Below are positions 1 to 6,856 of a stretch of DNA of 40,597 bases, piece after piece. Position 1 is the stretch's first letter, and each line of letters begins with the position of its first letter. The notes beneath the pieces were generated by a model. It was not told the DNA's origin. It searched no databases and saw nothing but the letters and a program-made list of their open reading frames with translations. The translations under genes were made by a program, and so were the position numbers. The stretch is from a virus (lineage: Duplodnaviria; Caudoviricetes): IMG/VR virus record IMGVR_UViG_3300029156_000007, positions 1-40,597 of that record. One strand, given 5' to 3'.

Positions 1-603
1 GCTGTTGTAAAAGTCATCCAGTTCGGTAGACGAGAAAAGCCCGTCCGTGCGCATCATGAACTGGTCTATCTGCCCGTCGCAATAGTTGCCCGTCTGGATA
101 GAGCCAAGCTGAAAATCGTCTGTTGCCGTGGCTATCGCGCCGCCGCTGGTGGTAAGCGTCTGAGGTGATCCGCTGTTGTTTATGTCGATGAATATTTCAG
201 TGTTGTCATGGTCATAGCCAACACTGAGCATGTACCACGTACCCGATGACAACGTTGTGGTATGGTCGAGTATCCTGTTGGTGCCTCCGGCCATCACTCG
301 GAAGCGTACCTTGTTCGTAGATATAATATGACAGTGATAGGTGGACGTTGCTTGCCCCATGATGCCATGATTCCTATCTATCGCATCGAGGTAAATCCAC
401 GCCACCATGTGAAACGAAAAGCCTGTAAGCCCCTGGAAAAAGGTGTCGCTATTGTCGAGGCGTTGATTGGTGCCGTTCAGGGTCAGGGCATCACCTACTT
501 TCCCGCTCGTAAACGTTGCGCTGTTTACGTTTGAGAATGCTGATATTAGCGTATCGAACTCGGTTAAGTCCTCAAGGCTAAACCGTACGGTTTCCTCTGC
601 CAT
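1..603 (-). CDS. LamG/concanavalin A-like jelly-roll domain protein (runs off window start; likely closes at 40586-40597 if circular)
   Basis: Manual translation from ATG at 603 (absent from the ORF track): MAEETVRFSLED…GKVGDALTLNGTNQRL…VAWIYL…GTWYMLSVGYD…FIDIN…FQLGS…CDGQIDQFMM…FSSTELDDFYNS; motif order typical of LamG-like domains; open to position 1. Confidence 0.8.
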   Translation of the reverse strand, partial: MAEETVRFSLEDLTEFDTLISAFSNVNSATFTSGKVGDALTLNGTNQRLDNSDTFFQGLTGFSFHMVAWIYLDAIDRNHGIMGQATSTYHCHIISTNKVRFRVMAGGTNRILDHTTTLSSGTWYMLSVGYDHDNTEIFIDINNSGSPQTLTTSGGAIATATDDFQLGSIQTGNYCDGQIDQFMMRTDGLFSSTELDDFYNS

Positions 604-762
604 GCCCTAGATATGCCAGCCGCCCCACCTGCTAAGGTCGATGGGCGAAATGATTGCCCGGAACCGGGCTAAAGAGGTGCGCTACGGGGATGCGCGGGAG
701 GTCGGTAAGGGGCGAGAATGGGAGTAGACCCGCCCCTTACCTTTGGAGTAATCTTGTACCCC

Positions 763-793
763 TAATATAGCGATTTAAACCCAATAGTTCCAA
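763..793 (-). promoter_or_regulatory. Conserved leftward promoter-like motif, copy 1
   Basis: Minus strand TTGGAACTA-N15-TATATTA; similar motif at three other sites upstream of minus-strand genes. Confidence 0.6.
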
Positions 794-828
794 TTACTTA
801 GGCGCATGGATCGCCGAACCGTTAGGGT

Positions 829-866
829 AAAAGAAAAAGGGCACCACCATTCGATGACACCCCTTT
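829..866 (-). terminator. Intrinsic terminator
   Basis: Minus strand hairpin AAGGGGTGTCATC-GAAT-GGTGGTGCCCTT (G-U rich) followed by TTTCTTTT. Confidence 0.55.
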
Positions 867-955
867 AAAAGACATTGGGACATGGCCCGCAGCCTAAGCG
901 CAATAGTACGCCTTTTGCAGTTCTATTAACTTAGTCTACAAACCACAGTTCCGGC

Positions 956-993
956 AAAAGAAAAGCCCCGGCATCCCACCCAGGACCGGGGCT
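956..993 (-). terminator. Intrinsic terminator
   Basis: Minus strand AGCCCCGG…CCGGGGCT stem followed by TTTCTTTT. Confidence 0.65.
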
Positions 994-1173
994 GTGGCTG
1001 CTCTTCATCAGCCTGCTCTTTATTATCTGATGTGCCGTGTTGGATGTGCTGTATGAGATTTGCCTTCAGTAGCCGGTTTACGCTCCCGGCTGCGTTAATA
1101 GTACGGAGTATATTCCTGTATAACTATGTAGTCACAAAAAGAACATGTACAGAACATATATTCGCAACATGTG

Positions 1174-1827
1174 CTAAAGCTCAAGATTTGTAAACATGGG
1201 CACCCCTGTATCCTTGGCATGTTTGTTAAATACTACCTGCCCTGTATCATCCGTCCTCCAAACCTTGATTTCATCAATATCACTACCCGTACACATGAAA
1301 GCTGGCTTGAGTGTCGTAATAGGAATAGCATAGAACGATGCTGCACCGTGTTTGCGATTCCTCTTATACATGCCTATGCTATCGAGGCCGCCCATATTCT
1401 CGACGAGCAGCTTGTACTTTAGCACGTTAAGTATGGCCCACTTCTCAAACCCCATCATATTCGCGGATGCCCACCCGTAGAAATAGAGATCTGCCGACAA
1501 GTGAAACCATTCACCATGCCTTTCATGCTCCGTCCCGCAGGCATTCAGATATTCCTGCGTAAAGTCAGGGACCGACGGATCGACGCGCCATTTCTTAGTA
1601 TGCAGAAACTCGTTTCGCCTGTACTTCTCCTGGACAGTAAGCGTGCCGCCGCTTGGCAATATGATCTGCGTATCTATTCCGAAGTACTGATCTAACTCAT
1701 GTACATCCTTATCACCATCAGGGCGCAGGTTCTCTACCTTACACCCTGGAAAAACACGCTGGTATATACGCTCCGCTTTGGGCCTCATTAGCTCACTAAA
1801 GCCGATGTCACTGCGAAAATTAGCCAT
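1174..1827 (-). CDS. Putative PD-(D/E)xK-type nuclease
   Basis: 217 aa; GID-x12-QEK motif resembling the restriction-endonuclease-like catalytic signature; overlaps the upstream MTase stop by 8 nt. Confidence 0.5.
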   Translation of the reverse strand: MANFRSDIGFSELMRPKAERIYQRVFPGCKVENLRPDGDKDVHELDQYFGIDTQIILPSGGTLTVQEKYRRNEFLHTKKWRVDPSVPDFTQEYLNACGTEHERHGEWFHLSADLYFYGWASANMMGFEKWAILNVLKYKLLVENMGGLDSIGMYKRNRKHGAASFYAIPITTLKPAFMCTGSDIDEIKVWRTDDTGQVVFNKHAKDTGVPMFTNLEL

Positions 1828-3157
1828 AAGCCGCTAACCTCCGCTCCGCTATCGTTTTGTACTCATCACTGATCTCTATGCCGTGAAATCTACGCCCAAG
1901 TTTCGACGCGGCAATACCCGTAGTACCAGATCCCATGAACGGATCAGCAACAAGCTCGCCCGGATGCGTTGATGCGTTAATGAGCCATCTCATTACACTA
2001 ACAGACTTTTGAGCCGGATGCTGCTTGCGCTCTGAATCGTTAAAGTTTGACTGAGGAACTGCAGCGACATGGCAATCGAAATCATTAAGCCCATCACCCC
2101 ACTCGCCTGCACCCACCGCTATTTCGCGCTCAGATCCAATACGGCGATAAAAATAAACCGGCTCCCAAGTCTGTTTAAACATACGGCGCGACTGAGGACC
2201 CTTGTTATTAGGGTAATGCCAAACCAGCGTTTGTGTAAACTCGTAGTTGTTTAGCTCCTCATCAAGCCACACGCGGCCATCGTACAAATACCGCTGGCTC
2301 CAGAACACCAGAAACAGATCAGCACCGGATTCATTCCAGCGACCCACCCAATCCCGCGTAAAGTCCTCCAGGCGCTCCGGCTCCCACGGCTCGTTCAGTA
2401 TACCATAAGGCGGATCGGTTATAACGGCATCACACTCGATCACGTCCTGATCGCTTGTAACATGCCACAGGCGATCAAGTGTAATTATTCTAGATGCGGC
2501 AATCTCCTTTTCTATCTGCTTCTCCCTCCGCTGCTCCGCTTTTTGTTTTCTGATCTCCTTTGCCCGCTTTAGGATCTCATCCTCTCCGCGTGCTACCACC
2601 TCCGCCTGTTCGTTCTGTGGTAGTTCAGCAAGATCCGCCGCCGCCCGGATAGATGCTATCCCGGTATCCATAGCGTCCACCAGCTCCGGCGAACCTTGCT
2701 CGACTACCTTCTTGGTGTTTCTGTATTGAGACGTGCTAGAAAAACCGGCTTGTTTTGCTGCAATATCTCTTGTCTTTTCCCCTTTTAAATGTGGCACATG
2801 TGCCACATTTTCACCGGGACGCCCTCTCCTCTCTGGTGACAACCTCTCTATCTTAGCGGCTATCGCTTCCCGTTCACTCGGCGTAAACTGTTTACGCATT
2901 TCGTTCTCATCGTGCTCACCTTTTACCAGCGAATCAAGATCGACGATACGGGTCGGGATATGCGTCTTGCCCAAACTCTTAAACGCCTCCAACCGGCGTT
3001 CACCGAAAACAAGTTCGTTGTCAGATGTGATTCCAATCGGCTGCAAAAGGCCGATACCAGAGATACTGCTTGCCAGGGCTTCCACGTCACCCAAATCCTT
3101 TCTGTGACGGTCGCCCACAACTATCTCACTGATAGCTGCCAGTTTTACTAATTCCAT
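1820..3157 (-). CDS. ParB N-terminal domain-HTH-N4/N6 DNA methyltransferase fusion
   Basis: N-term ParB/Srx motifs (SI…GLLQPI…LVFGERRLEA), central HTH (TRDIAAKQAGFSS), C-term DPPY…HPAQKS…DPFMGSGTT (beta-class order). Confidence 0.88.
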   Translation of the reverse strand: MELVKLAAISEIVVGDRHRKDLGDVEALASSISGIGLLQPIGITSDNELVFGERRLEAFKSLGKTHIPTRIVDLDSLVKGEHDENEMRKQFTPSEREAIAAKIERLSPERRGRPGENVAHVPHLKGEKTRDIAAKQAGFSSTSQYRNTKKVVEQGSPELVDAMDTGIASIRAAADLAELPQNEQAEVVARGEDEILKRAKEIRKQKAEQRREKQIEKEIAASRIITLDRLWHVTSDQDVIECDAVITDPPYGILNEPWEPERLEDFTRDWVGRWNESGADLFLVFWSQRYLYDGRVWLDEELNNYEFTQTLVWHYPNNKGPQSRRMFKQTWEPVYFYRRIGSEREIAVGAGEWGDGLNDFDCHVAAVPQSNFNDSERKQHPAQKSVSVMRWLINASTHPGELVADPFMGSGTTGIAASKLGRRFHGIEISDEYKTIAERRLAAYG

Positions 3158-3294
3158 ACCGGGAAATGTCCTTTGTTTGATTTGCTAAAGATGGCGCTGT
3201 GGTGGTTGGCCGGATATGATATTGGGCCACGCCAGATTCGCGTCGAAAGATGCGCTAAGTCAATATAAACAAAAGACTTGAACCGACCAAACGT

Positions 3295-3324
3295 AAGAAA
3301 GCCGCCCCGTCTCCGGTAACGGCT
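3295..3324 (-). terminator. Intrinsic terminator-like hairpin
   Basis: Minus strand AGCCGTTACCG-GAGA-CGGGGCGGCT then TTCTT. Confidence 0.5.
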
Positions 3325-3406
3325 GTCAGCATCCCCTAAACAGGGCATTTAAAAAGCCGTATACCCCCGTTCAGGTGCGTGCGGCCACTCTTAAGCAATT
3401 TCTAAC

Positions 3407-3435
3407 TTGTGGAAACGGACGCTCGTCCGTATAAT
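3407..3435 (+). promoter_or_regulatory. Sigma70-like promoter with palindromic spacer
   Basis: TTGTGG-17 nt-TATAAT; spacer region carries the inverted repeat ACGGACG-CT-CGTCCGT (3415-3430). Confidence 0.55.
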
Positions 3436-3475
3436 TGTCGCCCTGACTCTGTGCCTACCCCCTCTCACGCACAAC

Positions 3476-3515
3476 AAACCGCATAAGGGGTGGATAATCA
3501 CCCTGCGTGCGGCTT
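3476..3515. terminator. Possibly bidirectional terminator hairpin
   Basis: AAACCGCA…GGGTG-GATAAT-CACCC…TGCGGCTT, just beyond the stop of ORF 3520-3780. Confidence 0.45.
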
Positions 3516-3519
3516 AGGC

Positions 3520-3780
3520 TCACTCCTTACGGGGTGGGCCTTCGTCTTTGATTGGGGCTAGTAAGTCGGGCTCGGTGCCGTGCTCCACTCTCTCTCCTAT
3601 TGCCGTTACGGTAAAGTACCACAACTCCTCCTCCACCTCTACCGGGAACCGAAATGTAAACGCCTCTGCCCTGGCTTTGCTTGCCCTTAGCGTAGGTGTG
3701 CTCATAAGGCGACTCCGTATCATAGGTTCAAGCAGCTTCATTACTAGGTCCAACCTATCAATATCGCCAATCACTTCCAC
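3520..3780 (-). CDS. Hypothetical protein
   Basis: 86 aa ORF starting 6 nt downstream of the wHTH gene in the same operon. Confidence 0.55.
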   Translation of the reverse strand: MEVIGDIDRLDLVMKLLEPMIRSRLMSTPTLRASKARAEAFTFRFPVEVEEELWYFTVTAIGERVEHGTEPDLLAPIKDEGPPRKE

Positions 3781-3786
3781 GGCAAT

Positions 3787-4095
3787 TCAGCCCTCTTTGC
3801 TATAGGTTATTTCGCCCACCTTTTCAGGGGGATTTACCTGAACATCATATCGCACATCATGCGTTCGCGTGACATCAGACACATCAACAGCCCCCAACTG
3901 TGACCCACTCTCTGGCAACTCATAAACACCATATTTCGGTTGCGTCAATTCTCCCATATGCTTCATAAGACGAACCGTGGTACGCACCGTTTCCGGTCCA
4001 ATGCCCGTAATACTGGCTATTTCCTTAGGTTTGAGAGCTTCCCCCCGCCCCTTTATAGCGTCTATGATCTTTTGCTTGTTGCTCCTATTGTCCAT
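3787..4095 (-). CDS. Winged HTH DNA-binding protein (repressor position)
   Basis: KQKIIDAIKGRGEALKPKEIASITGIGPETVRTTVRLMKHMGELTQPKYGVYEL is a wHTH pattern; divergent from the early operon; no S24 peptidase domain seen. Confidence 0.65.
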   Translation of the reverse strand: MDNRSNKQKIIDAIKGRGEALKPKEIASITGIGPETVRTTVRLMKHMGELTQPKYGVYELPESGSQLGAVDVSDVTRTHDVRYDVQVNPPEKVGEITYSKEG

Positions 4096-4116
4096 AGTCT
4101 CCGCCGACAATAAACT

Positions 4117-4194
4117 ACTGTTGTCAACTTTTTAGCATTTATTTTGCTAAAGGTGTTGACAACAGTGAGTCATTATCGTATCTTACTGTTGTCA
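4117..4194 (+). promoter_or_regulatory. Early rightward promoter with operator inverted repeats
   Basis: TTGACA(4156-4161)-17 nt-TATCTT(4179-4184); inverted repeat ACTGTTGTCAAC(4117-4128)/GTTGACAACAGT(4155-4166); third half-site ACTGTTGTCA at 4185-4194. Confidence 0.75.
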
Positions 4195-4221
4195 TTACGA
4201 ACTAAACACAAGCAATTAACG

Positions 4222-4407
4222 ATGAAAACCGACCTTCTACAAGTAAGGATGTCGAAAGATTTAAAGGAGAAGCTGCAAAAGGCGGCTGACTCTCGCGGTA
4301 TTACGATGAGCGCTTACGTAGTAGATCGGATACAGGATCATATACGTGCAGACCTTAGCGACCTTCGCAAACTACTCAAGGAGGATGGGGAATACGCCAC
4401 TGCATAG
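4222..4407 (+). CDS. Ribbon-helix-helix (Arc/CopG-like) regulator in Cro position
   Basis: MKTDLLQVRMSKDLKEKLQKAADSRGITMSAYV: alternating beta-strand then helix-G-x-S/T-helix RHH pattern. Confidence 0.75.
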   Translation: MKTDLLQVRMSKDLKEKLQKAADSRGITMSAYVVDRIQDHIRADLSDLRKLLKEDGEYATA

Positions 4408-4426
4408 TGGGTCACTCATAAACGCA

Positions 4427-4464
4427 GAAAGCCAGCCCGTTCGCTAAAACAATGGCTGGCTTTC
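4427..4464 (+). terminator. Hairpin, possible early terminator
   Basis: GAAAGCCAGCC…GGCTGGCTTTC 11-bp inverted repeat after the RHH gene. Confidence 0.45.
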
Positions 4465-4485
4465 AGATCAAAATCTAGAGAGATC

Positions 4486-4782
4486 ATGATGAAAGAATAT
4501 ACGAACTGTACACCTGAAGTTTCAATAGCCCCTCAAACCGGCCCTCTGCGTCGGTTCGATCTGAAGCAAGGCGACGGGACCGCACGGCCCGTAGTGCTTC
4601 GCAATCATGTCTGGAAGTTTAGAGGCATCACTTACGATGCATTTGAAGTGGTAGGGACCACCAAGACCGTAAGCCATGCGCAGGTATTGCGCGATGTGAA
4701 AGACGGCACTCTGATCCCCGCAGATCCCGACACACTTGAGCGCTATGAACGCTATATGCCAGTTCTGGCAATGGTTGCGTAG
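4486..4782 (+). CDS. Hypothetical protein
   Basis: 98 aa ORF in early operon orientation. Confidence 0.55.
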   Translation: MMKEYTNCTPEVSIAPQTGPLRRFDLKQGDGTARPVVLRNHVWKFRGITYDAFEVVGTTKTVSHAQVLRDVKDGTLIPADPDTLERYERYMPVLAMVA

Positions 4783-4821
4783 CCTGTTCTTTTAACACAT
4801 TGCCCCTCGGTTCGCAGAACC

Positions 4822-5238
4822 ATGCAACACATCCAATTCATAACCCTTGCCACCTTACTGCCATTCATCAGCGTGCTCACCGCTACGCTCGTTCTGGTAC
4901 TACGGAGCATCGGTACATCCAAAGCCAGTATGGACCCTTACACACAGTTTTACAACCGCGACAAGGAGCACGAACGTTCACGCCTCAGAGATGAAGCCTA
5001 TCACTGGCTAGAAGGCCACGAAAAGGTATGCCCTAAGACAATGGGCGGCATGACCAAAGAGGACGGGATCACGACAGTTCACCGCATCTGCCCCGTCTGT
5101 GCAGAAGCACAGCAAAACGTGTGGGGCATCAAGCCCATACGGACGCCCGAGATGGTTATGCCGGACTTCGTAGATCCTCGCAAGGCTGCTAAGGAGGTGT
5201 TTGCACGCATCCCGATAAGCCGGGAGCAGGCAGCATGA
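4822..5238 (+). CDS. Hypothetical protein with N-terminal TM helix and Cys motif
   Basis: Hydrophobic N-terminus; CPK…CPVC; ATGA overlap with the next gene. Confidence 0.6.
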   Translation: MQHIQFITLATLLPFISVLTATLVLVLRSIGTSKASMDPYTQFYNRDKEHERSRLRDEAYHWLEGHEKVCPKTMGGMTKEDGITTVHRICPVCAEAQQNVWGIKPIRTPEMVMPDFVDPRKAAKEVFARIPISREQAA

Positions 5239-5354
5239 CCGGCGGCAAATTTCCACCCGATGCAGTCAAGCCGCCTAAGGCGCTGATGTACACGGTACTG
5301 GCCCTTGTCGTCCTGCTGACACTCTACATGCATTTACATGGGCAGGCCGGGTGA
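5235..5354 (+). CDS. 39-aa single-TM micropeptide
   Basis: MTGGKFPPDAVKPPKALMYTVLALVVLLTLYMHLHGQAG; ATGA-coupled to the upstream gene. Confidence 0.5.
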   Translation: MTGGKFPPDAVKPPKALMYTVLALVVLLTLYMHLHGQAG

Positions 5355-5494
5355 AGACGAGGTAACAGCAAAGTCTAGCGGATACACCGCACCCCCGGCC
5401 CTGCCCTCCTTTTTACTGCACCAGGAGGGGCGAGCAGGAAATAAGGCCCCCTTGCTCGCCCCATCTGCCCCTCAAATTATAAACGGATACATAG

Positions 5495-5758
5495 ATGACT
5501 TCAGTTAAAGAATTACTCGCAAAAGAAAACTTACGCCAAGCACAACGCGCCCTGAAGCTGGCAGAGATGGACAAGGCACGCCTACAGGAGGCCCTTAGCC
5601 GCGTCACGTCGCTGGTAGAGGAACAGGCCCCAATCCTGTACGAACGGATTGCAGATGGCTTGTTAAGCGACCTGACGCAAACCACGGAGGCATGGCTGAT
5701 ACAGGAGGTCGAGCCGATGAACCCGCTGCACCGCTCAGTAAGGAATATGGCAGACTGA
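5495..5758 (+). CDS. Hypothetical coiled-coil protein
   Basis: 87 aa; TGATG overlap with the next gene. Confidence 0.6.
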   Translation: MTSVKELLAKENLRQAQRALKLAEMDKARLQEALSRVTSLVEEQAPILYERIADGLLSDLTQTTEAWLIQEVEPMNPLHRSVRNMAD

Positions 5759-6009
5759 TGATAGATCCTGAGTTCATGCAGCTCCTAAAGGGCATAGTAG
5801 CCATTGTGGGCCTTGCAGCACTCTTAGGACTGCTTGCAAATGTTTGGCTGCATCGAAACGACAATGATCCGCCCCTGCCCCCTTCAGGCGGGGATAAGAT
5901 TGTCCAGGATTACGACCAGCTCCTTGCAATGCTCAAAAGGGAGTACATGCGAGGCAAGGCAGCAGGTTTTGTAGAGGGCCTCAAAGAAAGACGAAAAAGC
6001 TACTCATGA
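5758..6009 (+). CDS. Hypothetical single-TM protein
   Basis: Start reassigned to the TGATG overlap; LLKGIVAIVGLAALLGLLANVWL hydrophobic helix. Confidence 0.6.
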   Translation: MIDPEFMQLLKGIVAIVGLAALLGLLANVWLHRNDNDPPLPPSGGDKIVQDYDQLLAMLKREYMRGKAAGFVEGLKERRKSYS

Positions 6010-6401
6010 CACACGAAGACCTTAACGACAGAACAACCGCCATGCTAGGAACCGACGTTGACCAGCTTATAGAGCAGGTGCGCGTGTTAGGGACCGCATA
6101 CGGCAAGCGTAAGGCACGCGTGAAGTACATGGAGAACGTCCGCAAGACCTGCTTACACGGCATCATAGAGGATCGTAGGGCGGAGTTCAGCGAGGCAGGC
6201 GAGAAGATCACAGAATCGCGTCTAGAGTCGATTGCAAGGGCATCCAAAGCCTACAAGGACTTTCTGGAAACCCAATACAAGGAAGAGATCGCCCTGGCAG
6301 AGCTAGAGGCTGAATACTTCGCAGAGCGTAACCGGCTGGACTCCACGCTGGAAAAGATGAAGCTGCTCAGATCAGAGCAATACTTTCACTCAAAAAATTA
6401 A
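6006..6401 (+). CDS. Helical protein next to the recombinase (possibly UvsY-like accessory factor)
   Basis: 131 aa, mostly helical, KITESRLESIA motif; adjacent to the Sak gene; family is an inference. Confidence 0.45.
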   Translation: MTHEDLNDRTTAMLGTDVDQLIEQVRVLGTAYGKRKARVKYMENVRKTCLHGIIEDRRAEFSEAGEKITESRLESIARASKAYKDFLETQYKEEIALAELEAEYFAERNRLDSTLEKMKLLRSEQYFHSKN

Positions 6402-6407
6402 GGGACA

Positions 6408-6842
6408 ATGCAAGCTCCTACAGACAGGCCACCAAAGGCCAACAATGACACGCCAAAGGACAAACCTATAGCCCGACCCTTGCAGGATATCGTTGCCGAT
6501 CTGCACCTACCTGTGCCGAAACGTGTCCTCAAAAACAAGAAGCTCGGAGGGAATAACATCACGTTTATCCCTTGGTATCGGGTCGCTAAGATGATGGACT
6601 TTTACGCCCCTGGATGGGAGTACGAGATCACAGATAAGACGATCACGGCAAGCCATGTGATGATGACCGTAAGGGTCTACATCAACGCCAAGGAAGGCCG
6701 GTTCTACCGCGAGGCTACGGGCATCGAAACCCTCAATGTAAAGGGCTTCGGAGACCCCACAAGCAACGCCGAAAGTATGGCCTTTCGCCGGGCCTGTGCC
6801 AAGTGGGGATTGGGTATTGATCTATACGAAAAGGAAGACTAA
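6408..6842 (+). CDS. Rad52/Rad22-family (Sak-like) single-strand annealing protein
   Basis: ITFIPW…GWEYEI…REATG…NAESMAFRRACAKWGLGIDLY. Confidence 0.85.
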   Translation: MQAPTDRPPKANNDTPKDKPIARPLQDIVADLHLPVPKRVLKNKKLGGNNITFIPWYRVAKMMDFYAPGWEYEITDKTITASHVMMTVRVYINAKEGRFYREATGIETLNVKGFGDPTSNAESMAFRRACAKWGLGIDLYEKED

Positions 6843-6856
6843 AACGAGGCGATTAA

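Noticed and set aside
262-534. Plus-strand 90-aa ORF and the other antisense ORFs in the track
   Set aside because: Shadows of better-supported genes on the opposite strand (here the LamG gene); no motifs or RBS
990-1022. CTGATGA on the minus strand suggesting a hammerhead
   Set aside because: No downstream GAAA core; the sequence forms a simple GGCTG/CAGCC hairpin
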